DNA of 64,000 nucleotides from Neocallimastix sp. 'constans' (taxonomy: Eukaryota), in contig JBODTK010000159.1 in the NCBI GenBank assembly GCA_050613775.1, forward strand, positions 1-64,000. Reading direction: 5' to 3'. This document shows positions 14,231-30,759 of the stretch, in pieces; position 1 is the first letter of the stretch, and every line of letters begins with the position of its first letter. The notes beneath the pieces were generated by a model. The model was not told the DNA's origin and did no database searches. It was given only the letters and a program-made list of their open reading frames with translations. A program made the position numbers and the translations under genes.

Positions 14231-15189
14231 AAATTTGATAAATATTTAATTTTCTTATTAATATTTTCATACTCTTCATTATATTTTCTCTTGTTATTTT
14301 TATTCTGCTTATATATTTCTTCAGTTATATTTAAAATATTATTAATACTATTACTCTTTTTGTAGTTATATTGTTTGTTTACATTATTTTGTTTATTTAA
14401 ATTTAAATTATTTTTATTATTTGAATTTAAATACCTTTGTTTATTTACATTTTTATTTTTATTTTTACCATTTAAATTTGAATTTTTATCTACAGTTATT
14501 ATTATTATTATTAATATTATTATTATTTGAATTTAATTCTTTACTTACAGTTTCTTGGTTTGAATTATAATTTGTTTTATTTACATTTTCAATTCTTAAA
14601 ATTTCATTTAAATTTTTATTTACATTATTTGAATTTAAATTATTATTTCCAATTAAGTTCTTAATACTGTAACGAATATTGGAATATCCGTGTTTTAAAG
14701 AGTGTAACACAATAGGTAAGCACTTTTTGATTAATAAGTAATTTGGTTTTTTAAAATATAGTTTTATTAATTAAGAAATTTAAAAATATTAATTATAAAG
14801 ATTAATTATTGTAATATTTCGAATTACTTATTAATTAATTCAATAATTAATAAAAACACAATTTTTATAATATTTTTTTTTTTTTTTTTTTGGCTGCGAA
14901 ATTCACTCCTATTTATAGTTTTTCAAAATTTAAATCCATAAAAATTTAAAACCATAAAATCATTAAAAAGTTTCATAAAAATTGATTATTTTCGGTTAAA
15001 AAGAATCTAAAAGAAATAATGATAAAAGATAAATTAAAATAGAATTTCTATCTGATTTGTTTCTATTAATTTCTAAGAATGTCTTTTGTTAATTTTTTCA
15101 GAAATTTATACAGAAACAAATACAGAAACAAATACAGAAATGAAGTATAAAAATTCTTTAAAATTTAAATGATATAAAATTTTAGTAAA

Positions 15190-15250
15190 GGTGTGAGTCG
15201 AACCCTAGTGGTTCAGGCTGAGGTCATAGTGACTAACCACTATGCCAGCA
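15190..15250 (-). promoter_or_regulatory. tRNA-like Pol III A-box/B-box module in LTR U3 (second copy at 21283-21343)
   Basis: Minus strand reads TGGCATAGTGG (A box), 32 nt, then GGTTCGACTC (B box). Confidence 0.7.
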
Positions 15251-15502
15251 TTCTAATTTCTAATTTTTTAAGATTCGTTACATGGTCCTCCTCTAGGATT
15301 CGGATGCCAGACGAATCTTTTACTTTAAATCTAAACTATTTCTAATTCTAACTTTTATAATAATAAACTATAACTAAAATACTTATAGGAGTGATAATTT
15401 AATTAATACATTGGATAATAAAAATTACATGAATTTTAAGTTTTGAAAATAAAGTATAAAAATAAAACTATCTAGAATAAATGTTTTTGAATAATATAAA
15501 AT

Positions 15503-15546
<44 letters not shown>

Positions 15547-15614
15547 ATCATAAGTTAGAATGATTAATAGTACTTTGATGAAATAAAATTTATTTTTGAT
15601 TAAATGATTTATAT

Positions 15615-19844
<4,230 letters not shown>

Positions 19845-20178
19845 CTAATTATTGATTACTAATTATTAATTATTAATTATTAATTATTATTAATTATTAA
19901 ATATTGATTATTACTAATTATTATTAATTATTATTATTAATTATTACTAATTATTGAATATTGATTATTACTATTAATTATTACTAATTATTGAATATTG
20001 ATTATTACTATTAATTATTACTAATTATTGAATATTGATTATTACTATTAATTATTACTAATTATTGAATATTGATTATTATTATTATTAATTATTAATT
20101 ATTAATTATTACTAATTATTGATTATTAATTATTATTATTAATTATTAAATATTAATTATTAAATATTAATTATTACT

Positions 20179-20244
<66 letters not shown>

Positions 20245-20489
20245 TTATTATAATCATTAATTTTGATTGAATAATAAATATACAATATAATTAATTATTA
20301 GAAGAAGTAAATATTTAATTTCAATATAAATAATTTTAATTTCAAGGATGGCTATATGGATTATTGAAAATATTAATAATTTTAATATATAGTAAAATTC
20401 AAGGGTTCCGATTGAATTTATAAATTCATGCATGAATTTTGGTAGAAAAATTTATAGTCTTGGTAAGTGGTTTCAAAAATAGTAGAAAA

Positions 20490-20718
20490 TGGGATTCCTT
20501 AACGGGGTTCCAAAAAGAGTAATAGAGAATGGGATTACTTAACGGGGTTCCAAAAAGAGTAGTAGAGAATGGGATTCCTTAACGGGGTTCCAAAAAAGAA
20601 TAGTAGTAAATGGGATTCCTTAACGGTGTTCCAAAAATAGTAGTAGAAAATGGGATTCCTTAACGGGGTTCCAAAAATAGTAGTAGAAAATGGGATTCCT
20701 TAACGGGGTTCCAAAAAG
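20490..20718. repeat. Six 40-bp tandem repeats in the family C leader
   Basis: TGGGATTCCTTAACGGGGTTCCAAAAA core starting at about 20490, 20530, 20570, 20611, 20651 and 20691. Confidence 0.92.
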
Positions 20719-21744
20719 AGTAAAAGTGCAAAGGTATTGTGCTTAGTTTAGTGGTGTTTTTATTGTAACGAATATTGGAATATCCGTGTTTTAAAGAGTG
20801 TAACACAATAGGTAAGCACTTTTTGATTAATAAGTAATTTGGTTTTTTAAAATATAGTTTTATTAATTAAGAAATTTAAAAATATTAATTATAAAGATTA
20901 ATTATTGTAATATTTCGAATTACTTATTAATTAATTCAATAATTAATAAAAACACAATTTTTATAATATTTTTTTTTTTTTTTTGGCTGCGAAATTCACT
21001 CCTATTTATAGTTTTTCAAAATTTAAATCCATAAAAATTTAAAACCATAAAATCATTAAAAAGTTTCATAAAAATTGATTATTTTCGGTTAAAAAGAATC
21101 TAAAAGAAATAATGATAAAAGATAAATTAAAATAGAATTTCTATCTGATTTGTTTCTATTAATTTCTAAGAATGTCTTTTGTTAATTTTTTCAGAAATTT
21201 ATACAGAAACAAATACAGAAACAAATACAGAAATGAAGTATAAAAATTCTTTAAAATTTAAATGATATAAAATTTTAGTAAAGGTGTGAGTCGAACCCTA
21301 GTGGTTCAGGCTGAGGTCATAGTGACTAACCACTATGCCAGCATTCTAATTTCTAATTTTTTAAGATTCGTTACAAATACTAAAAGAATTATCTTTAACT
21401 GAGGAGTCATTATCATTATTTATATTATTTTTATTACCATTTAATTGTTCCTGATTAATTTTTGAATTAACTTCTCTATTTAAATTTTGTTCATTTTGTT
21501 TATTATTTAATTGATCATTTTTTACATTTAAATTCTGAAAATTTAAATTATCGTTTTTAAAATTTAAATTATTATTTTTTAAATTATCATTATTTAAATT
21601 ATTATTATTATTTAAATTTCTATTATTCTGATATAATAAATTATTATTATTTAAATTATCTATATTTTGAGCAATTTCAAAATTTTCATTTAAATTATTT
21701 AAATGGCCAATTTGAAATTTGAAATTAGGATAATTTAAAATAGG

Positions 21745-22444
21745 TGTAAAAGAAAACACTAAAATAGATTACAATAACAAAATACAATAAATTTTATTTT
21801 AAAAATTTTTTATTAAAATATATTTTATTAATATTTAATAGTTATTTGTTAAAAATAACAATTACATCGAGAAAAAATGTGAAAAGTATCTTCTATTTAT
21901 ACTTTTCCTAAATACATTGATAATATATTATTTTATTTAAATTACATATATTTTAATATAAAACTATCCTAATGAATTTTATTAAATAATAAATTTATAA
22001 ACTATAACTAAATTTAGAAAAATATAATTATTAATTAAACTAAATACTAAATAATTAAAATTAAGTACATTTATTATCTATTTATTATTTTAATATTATA
22101 AGTAAAGTCTTTATTTATTTTCGATTTAAAAACAATGTTAAAGGAGTCATGATTAAATTTTGAAACTTAATTTTCACAAAATAAATTATTAATTTATTTT
22201 GTTTTAAACTTTAATTAATTCATTTAAATTATTTTACAACAATAATTTTCTCAGAATTAAATTTTATAAAAATTATTACATTAAAAATTTATCTTGTGGC
22301 TTAAAGAATATAATTCAAAAATTTAGTTCATATGATTTATTTACTTTGTTTATTATTTTATAAATCAAAGAATAATTTACATTTTTGAATTACACAAGAA
22401 AAATTTTTAATTTAAAATGTGATTGGGATAATCACATCTTTACA
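21745..22444 (-). mobile_element. Solo LTR, family D
   Basis: TG...CA ends; TSD ATAGG (21740-21744, 22445-22449). Confidence 0.93.
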
Positions 22445-22604
22445 ATAGGAGAAGAAAAATTTTGTTTTAAATTATTGTAATTATAATATGGATAATAATA
22501 ATTTGGCATACTGTAATTATATTGACCATAAAAATTTTGGTTAAAATTATTTGGTAAATAATTTCCATAAATGGAAGGATCATAATAATTTAAATTATTA
22601 TAAT

Positions 22605-23061
22605 AAAAAAAAAAAAAAACATAGACTTGCACATATGGGTACCCATCTCCCATATGGCCATACAGTTATTAATTAACTGTAAGGTGATGAGTTATTGGCA
22701 TACTGTATCAGCTTCGCCGCTCTCAATCGTCGTTACACACTGCCCGGAGATGCATTCCTAACGTTCCTACATATATCTCTAATGACCACGAGCATCAGAA
22801 CGGAACCATTAACTCCTCCCTAGTGGGTGTAATCATTGGCGATTGGAAATTTTACAATCATCAAAGTCTATGCTTCAATTCAAAGCGTAGTATCAGGGTT
22901 GGGTGAAATAATCATTTGAGGGAAAGCCTTATGAACATCACGTGTGGTCTCATGATATCCCAGGATAGAAACCTCATCCGATTATTTGGTGCCATGCCGA
23001 GGATTCGAACCCCGCCCTCTACAGAAACCTGTATCGTCCTAACCGACTGGACCAACATGGC
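22605..23061 (-). mobile_element. tRNA-derived SINE with poly(T) tail
   Basis: 14-bp TSD TAAATTATTATAAT (22591-22604, 23062-23075); cloverleaf head at 22987-23061; GC-richer body; T15 at the 3' end. Confidence 0.85.
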
Positions 23062-23710
23062 TAAATTATTATAATTGGTACGAGACCAAGTGAAAAATTA
23101 AAATTAAATACGACTAAATTTACATAAAAAATAGAAAATCAAATTAATCCATAAAAGGATAAATTTGATTGAAATTTATATATAAAGTATAAAATTAGAA
23201 ATTATTAAGACTCTCTCTTTTCCACATATAATTTTATTAAATGTAAAAAATTAGATTGAATGACAATTGATCTAAATTGAGATTTCAATTGATCAAAAAT
23301 AAAAATTTAATAAAAATTAAATAAACAATTTATAAAGTAGAATTTAAGTATTTAGTTATAATTTACAACTTTAGTGTGAATTACTTATTATTGTGAATAT
23401 TAATATAATTAGATTTAAATTTTAAAAATTCATTTACATTGCACCAATAATAATTTGGTAAATTATTTATATTATTTATATTATTATTAATTAAATTATT
23501 ATTATTACTATTATTAATATCATTACTGTTATTACTGTTATTAATATTGTTATTATTGTTATTATCACTGTTATTAATATTATTACTGTTATTATTACTG
23601 TTATTATCAATGCTTAAATAAAAATCATAATCATTTTCAATATCACTTACATCATTTCCCCCGTTTTCGTAATAAGGAGTAAAATTTATAAAATCAGGAA
23701 TAGAAGAAGG

Positions 23711-24483
23711 TATAAAGTTTTGGTAAAAAAATAGATTATAAATCAACACTTCAATAATAACACTAAAACACAAAATAATAGTTTTAAAGAACAAGTTTTA
23801 TTAATTTTTTAAATATTAAAATCTTTATTTATTTTAAAGTGTTATTAACAAGAAATCGTTAATAACAATTACATCGATTAAAATACATGAAATTTGATAA
23901 CTATTTATATTTTTATCTTATTACATTTATAATATATAATTCCTATTGAATTATATTATCTAGCTATTTATTTAAAAACAATACTAACCTAAACTAATAA
24001 TAAATAATTAACTATTACTAAATAAAGAGAATTATAATTAATAACTAAAATAAATATAATCAATTCTAATTGAGTTCATTTATTATTTATTTATTATTTA
24101 AATATTATTAGTAAATTTATTATATATTTTCTATTTTAAAATAATATAAAAGTTGTCATAATTATTTAATATAAATTTAGCATAAAATGCCGTAAGTTTC
24201 AACATGACTAATTGCATAGTTTCATGTTGTTAATTTATCTTGTGAAAAAACCTTAACTCTTATTATTTAAATTAAATTACATAAAAAGAAATGATTTTCA
24301 AATACTAGTTTCACAAGAGAAATTTTTAATTTATTAGTATGATTGGGAAAAAATCGAAATTATGTTAAAAATATTTTCAATAATTTTATACACGTGATTT
24401 CAAATAAATTTATTTTAATTTTTACTTAAATTTATGATTAAATTTAATTAAAATTATTTAAAGATATTAATAATATCTTTACA
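23711..24483 (-). mobile_element. Solo LTR, family A
   Basis: TSD GAAGG on both sides; nearly the exact reverse complement of 46416-47186; ends are TG...TA in element orientation. Confidence 0.93.
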
Positions 24484-24513
24484 GAAGGGGAGTTACAATT
24501 ACTTGGGGAGTCT

Positions 24514-25760
24514 TCAAAAAAAGACGACAGAACGAGAAAGTATTACTTTGTTATTAGTTATATCATAAACCCTATAAGCGGAAGGGTTCTGGTCATATCC
24601 GATAAAAATACCAGGGAGAGCAGAATTAGAAAGTTTCTTTCTAAAAGACTTAGGAACATAAAAGAAAACTTGACAACCAAAAACTCTAAATCTGTTAAAG
24701 TCCACTTTTTCATTATATAGAAGTTCATAAGGAATGTTATTATTAATACCTTTATGTGGAATACGGTTATGGATAAAGTTAGCTGTCTTGATAGCGTTCT
24801 CCCAGAAAACATGGTTTAAATGAGCATTTTGTTGTGCATTATATGGAATTGTATGTTCAAAAATAATGCCATTGAAATTACAAAATTCATTAAACTTATT
24901 ATTAATTAACTCAGTACCATTATCCGAGTGAAGATATTTTATATTTTTATTAAATATGTTTTTAACCTTATTATACCAAGTAGTAAAAACGTTAAATATA
25001 TCACCTTTAGATTTACAAAAAAGAACCCATCCATATCTAGAAAAATCATCAAGAATAGTAAGGAAACATTGGTTACCATACAAAGAAGGTTGTTTTAGAG
25101 AAACCGTATCTAAATGAATAAGTTCAAACGGCTCGGAGGCTTTATAGACATTGGAATGGTAGGGAAAATTTTTTAACTTGGAGTGAGCACATATTTTACA
25201 TTTTGATTTATTATTTATTTTTGTAAGGATATTACGTAAACTGTGAATATTGTAATGGCCCAAACGCCTATGCCAGGTGTATAAATTTTCATCCTCATTA
25301 TTACTAGTAATACTGTTGCACGTATAATTATTATCAAAATTTATTTTATTTTTTGAAGTCCATAAAATATAAGTTTTTGAATTATTTGCGCTTGTGCTAC
25401 AAATTTTATTATTTTTCTTATATATAGAAACATTATTTTTATTGTTGATTTTTTGAAATACTGTTTTATAATTCTGGTCACTTAAACAATCTAAAGAAAT
25501 TAAATTCTTTTTAAAAACTGGAACAAATAAAACATTTTTTAAAGTGATTTTATTATCGTTTATATAGCCATTATACATTCCAATAAATTTAGATCTTACA
25601 CTCTCCCCGTTAGCAAAATATATTTCTCTATTAAATTTACTAATATTGGAAAGGCAGCTTAAATCGCCTGTCATGTGGTATATAGTTCCAGAGTCGAGTG
25701 TCCACGCGTTTAATTTATTTTTATTTTTATTTTTATTTTTATTATTTAATTCACTTTCTT
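24514..25760 (-). pseudogene. Copia protease, GAG-pre-integrase and integrase (partial deletion)
   Basis: WTLDSGTIYHM, WHRRLGH, CxxC, LIHLD, LDDFSRY and SDNGTE are present. The helix carrying the catalytic E is missing (QQNA runs directly into HLNHVFW). Confidence 0.88.
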
Positions 25761-26044
25761 CCTTTAATTCATTACATGTATAATATCCTAATTTTTGAAA
25801 AGGAAACATATTTTTAGAATAATTGAAAATTATTATTATTTGATTCAATATTATACACGTCATTGTAATCTTTGAAGAAAAATTCTTCATGTTTATCTTC
25901 GTAATTATAATTATTATTATCAATTTCTACGTTTTTACATTGAATTTTATTTGCATGATTTAATGGGTGCCTCCCATTATTATTATTTTTATTTTTAAAA
26001 TTATTATTTTTATAATTATTTTTATAATTATTTTTAATTCTGCA

Positions 26045-26956
26045 TTAGTCAGAATAATGACCAAATTTTCCACAGTTCCAACATTTGATATTATTTCTAT
26101 TACTATAGAATTTACTGTTTGAATTATTATTATTATAATTTTTAGATTTATTATTATTATAATTATTTTTTTTATTATTAAAATTATTATTATTATTATT
26201 ACGTATTTTATTACTATAATTATTATTACTATAATTATAATTTGAATTAATTTTTGATTCAACATTTAAAGCTGTTGAAATTTTTTCTTCCTTCTTAATA
26301 ATTATTTCTTGGATATTTCTTAGCTGTTGGCTTACAGTTATTAAGTGATTAGTAGTAGTATCCCAATTTGGAAGACAACTTATGATGTTTGATTTAACAG
26401 CTAAGTCTTTAGGAATTGAACTGTATAAATATTTGAATTTATCTTGGTAATCTAGACTTACATTTAGTTTTTCTAATTCTTTAAATTTTAAATTCATTTC
26501 TGAAATAAAAATTGAAATGCCATCGTCAATTTCTGGATTGTATTTCATTTTTAATAATTTTTCTTTTAGTTGTTTAATTCTTTCAGATCTTGTTTTTAGA
26601 TTTAAGGATTCGATTAATTTAAACATTTCGTATGAAGTTAAAGATATACAGTCCATTCTCATTTTTAAATCTTTTGGTATATTATTCATGATAAACCTTT
26701 TGGTTTTTGCATCTTCTACAATCATATCTTCTGTAACATTTTCATTATAATATGTATTAGTTGTACCATCAACCAAGGTTAATTTTTTCTTTTGTTCATT
26801 TTTTAATTTTTCACCAGAGATTTTCTTAATCACTTCTCTTAATATATATTGTTCCAATTTATTTCCTTTTAATAGTACATATAAGTCTTGTTTCCATGTT
26901 TTATAATTTGTCTTATCTAGCATCTCTATAGTACCACAATCTTCTTTGATGCTCAT
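26045..26956 (-). pseudogene. Copia gag with a stop codon inside the zinc knuckle
   Basis: LDKTNYKTWK N-terminus; knuckle reads CWNCGKFGHYSD*C. Confidence 0.85.
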
Positions 26957-27190
26957 TTTTATTTTATTTTTAAATTTATTTTATTTTAAAATATTTATTT
27001 GTATTTTTATTTTTTTAAAAAGTATTAAAAAAATACACTCTTTTTAAAATTTTAAAACACTCACTTTTAAAATTTAAAAAACACGCTCTCATTCACTTTT
27101 AAAATTTAAAACACTCACTCACTCACTTTTTTAAAATTAAAAAAAAAAAAAACACTAATTTATAAATCACTATTATAAAACGCGGAGTCT

Positions 27191-27204
27191 TGAGACTCTT
27201 AATC
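27191..27204 (-). promoter_or_regulatory. Copia PBS complementary to the tRNA-Lys(CUU) anticodon arm
   Basis: The + strand TGAGACTCTTAATC abuts the 5' LTR and equals the eukaryotic Lys-CTT anticodon arm sequence as I recall it. Confidence 0.75.
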
Positions 27205-27366
27205 TGTTATTAAATACACTTTATTAATTTATTATCAAGAACTACAAAAATTAAAAATATTACATTATAAATTATTTTTATCATACATTTTATAATAATT
27301 TCACATATATACATATGATATACATCATTTGATATAATACGCCACCATTACCTATATACATATATT

Positions 27367-28142
27367 TGTAAAGATTTAATAAAATCTTTAATAATTAATT
27401 ATTACATAATTAATTAATGTAATAAAATTACATAAATTTATGATTTACGTATATGAAAATTAATTATAAATTTATGTAAACTTTTCATAAAGGAAAAATT
27501 ATTATTTAAATAATTTTGGATAATAACTTAAATCTAAATAATTTATTTAAGTTAGTTAATTTAGTTTAGTTTATTTAAAATAGTTATTCTATTTAACTTA
27601 GTTAATTTAGTTTAGTTAGTTTAAAATACTTTAAAATTAATTTCGGAATAGTTTTAAATAGTTAAAATTAGTTTAAATAATTTACAAAAATAGTTTTGAA
27701 TTTTAAATATATAAACATTAGTATTAATAATATTTATATAATAAATATATAATAAATGAGTTGTTATTGAATTTAATTATTATTGTAAATAAGTTGAAAG
27801 TTTATTAAATTAATTATTGTTTAGTTTAGTTAATTATTATTTAATAAAATTATTAATAAATATTTTGTTTATAAATAAATAGTAATATATGTAAATTAGA
27901 TAGAAATAATATATTATAATGTAATAATGAAAAAATATAAATACATGTAAATTTCTACAATTAAATCGATGTATTAGTTATTGACTATATGATAGTTAAT
28001 AACAAAAAGAGATTTAATTTTTTTTTTTTTTTAATTAATAAAGATTATTTTATTTAAAAAAAAACGAATTTTTATTACGTGTTTTTTTATTTTGGTGTTA
28101 AAATTTGTTATTTGTAATCTGTTTCTGATAGAACTCTTTACA
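27367..28142 (+). mobile_element. Solo LTR, family B, inserted in the Copia 5' LTR
   Basis: TSD ATATT; nearly identical to 42808-43575. Confidence 0.93.
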
Positions 28143-29966
28143 ATATTATTATTTATGTTTCTTATATTTATTTATTAACTATATTAAATATATTAATTAT
28201 TATATTAATTATATTAAACTTATTTCTAACAGAAAATTATCGTGTCAAAAGATAAAATTATCGTCAAATGAGTGGATTGAAATAGTTTTGGAATTTTTTT
28301 TGTTCATAAAAAAATTTATGAAGATAACCAAAGGAAACCCAACGTTTAATTATAATATTAATCCTAAAGGGTTAGAAATTTTTCATATAAATATTTTCTA
28401 TAACACTTTAAACCTTTTAAAAAATTTTATTTAATATAAAAAAATATAATCAAACCAATGATAATTATTATATATAAAAATATTTTTATATATAAAAGCA
28501 ATTACGCAATTGTTATATAATTATTGTGATTTTGGAGCTTTTTATTGAAAGTATCTTCAGGTGAATTTAAAATAAATTGAGATCACCTTATTTGAGAAAA
28601 TATTGTACTTTTAGGAGATGGGGAAAAAATAGTATGAGAGAAAGAGAATCATAGAATGTGATTTAGTTTTATTTTGGAATTTTTTGAGAACTAAGTTGAA
28701 ACCTTATTTTGTTGGTCCCCTTAAGCTGTATAAGAAAAAAGCAATACCATTACCTTGATCCTTATTTTGGAATTTAAATGAATAGAAAACGTTCAATTAA
28801 CGAATATAGCCAAGTATAACTCAGCTTCAATGTAGGTTGAATTTTAGAGGGAATATTATGGTAAAGAATGAATTATTAAACTTTATATTTTATTTAAATT
28901 TTAATATTTAATTCTTAACTATCATTGCATTTCTATATTCTAAATTAGGAATATTAAAACTATTTACCATGCATGGTATAATTAATTATATATTTAAAAA
29001 TGACTCATCACATATCATTATATAAGAGAAAATGATAGTACTGATAATTATCTATGATGTGTGGGCAGAAGACATATATATTATCCTTGTATTATTACTA
29101 AACAATCAGAGATAATTTTAACCGATTTGGTTAATACCAGGTTGATGTATTAGCATTAAATAAATTATCAAAAAAAAAAAAAAAAAAAAAAAAAAACTAG
29201 AAAAGCACTTTATAATTTCTAAATATCATTACATAATTTTATTATTTAATTGTAAATGAAACCTCAAAATTATTAATTGAAATTGTAAATAATAATAAAA
29301 ATAATGCAAAAGTGTCAAAAAAAAGGGTGATTGCAATTTATTTTTTTAAATTACATGAAATTACTTTAGAAAATAATGCTTCAGAATTAACATTTTTTAC
29401 ACCAATCAAATATATTGATTATTTCTAGGGATCTAGGGGTCATGCTGCCCATGACAAAAAAAAAAAAAAATAATTAATAAGAAAATTTAATTACAAGCCA
29501 TACAAAAATTATTAATAATTTAGAAATTAGTTGTAACTTTAATTTCTAAAAATTTTCCTTATATCTTTTTATTTGAAGAGCTGGTGCGATTTTCTGAATA
29601 CATTTTCTGAAAAGTATTCTGAATAAACCATACAATAGTATTTTAAAGTCATGCCCCCTAACTTGAATATTCAAGGAGTAATGATTCATTTGAAAATGAG
29701 CACTGATTGTAATTAATTAATAATTTTTATAACTCAAGATTAAATAATTAATTTTATATTAATCATAATTACTCTTCTGGAACAATTTTGAATAACCTAA
29801 TCTAAGAAAATTTATTTCTGAAAGGTTAATGACCTAAAATTAATTTTATTTATAATCTAATCCTTGAAATAATTTGATTCTATAAAAAAAGAAAAGTCCC
29901 TTTAGAATATCTAATTTTTTAATAATAAGTATTAATTTCTAAATATTTCTAAATATTCAAATAATC

Positions 29967-30618
29967 TGTAAAATGTTCCTTATGGAGCAGATTACAATTA
30001 CAAAAAAAACAAAAAAACAACAAAAACAACACTATCAATAATAATACTCTAATGAAATTTATTTTTTAAAAAAAATTCTTTTATTAATCACTTTATTATA
30101 AAAATTCTTTTTATTAGTTATTAACTGCAAAATAGTTAATAACAACTACATTTTCTTTAATAGAATAATTTTACATGTATTTATATTTTTTCTTAATTAT
30201 ATTATAATATACTATTTCTATTTATTTAAATATATATTCAATATAAAATAAACAAAAACTAATCTAAAATTAAATAAAGTTATAAAAAACTAAAACTAAT
30301 TCAATAAGCTTTTTATTCAATTTGTTTTGACTCAAATTGAATAAGTTCTTATTTATTATTTATTTATTATTCTTTTATTATTAATACTATTAATTATATA
30401 TTACTATTTAATTTTTATGATTATTAAACTAAATGTAGTTGTTATTAACTATTTTGCAGTTAATAACTAATAAAAAGAATTTTTATAATAAAGTGATTAA
30501 TAAAAGAATTTTTTTTAAAAAATAAATTTCATTTGAGTATTGTTATTGATAGTGTTGTTTTTTTTTTTTTTTTTTTTTTTTTCGTAATTGTAATCTGCTC
30601 CATAAGGAACATTTTACA
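29967..30618. mobile_element. LTR-derived fold-back element with ~187-bp terminal inverted repeats
   Basis: Arms at 29967-30153 and 30431-30618; TG...CA ends; TSD TAATC (29962-29966, 30619-30623). Confidence 0.85.
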
Positions 30619-30629
30619 TAATCAGAGGA

Positions 30630-30660
<31 letters not shown>

Positions 30661-30759
30661 CTTATTTGGGATTAATATTTTAATATGTAATATGGACTAT
30701 ACAGGAAAATGGAAGGTTCGTACTAGTAATAGTACAAACTTTCCATTTTCCTGTATAGT

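Noticed and set aside
20490..20718. CRISPR-like array with palindromic repeats (also 43625-43770)
   Set aside because: The intervening sequences are near-identical rather than unique spacers, there are no cas genes, and both arrays lie in retrotransposon leaders.
22987..23061. Functional tRNA gene
   Set aside because: The 6-nt anticodon loop, encoded CCA, continuous body and flanking TSD indicate a SINE head.
21361..23794. Asn-rich ORFs as separate host genes
   Set aside because: They are pieces of the Copia IN-RT spacer cut by nested insertions.
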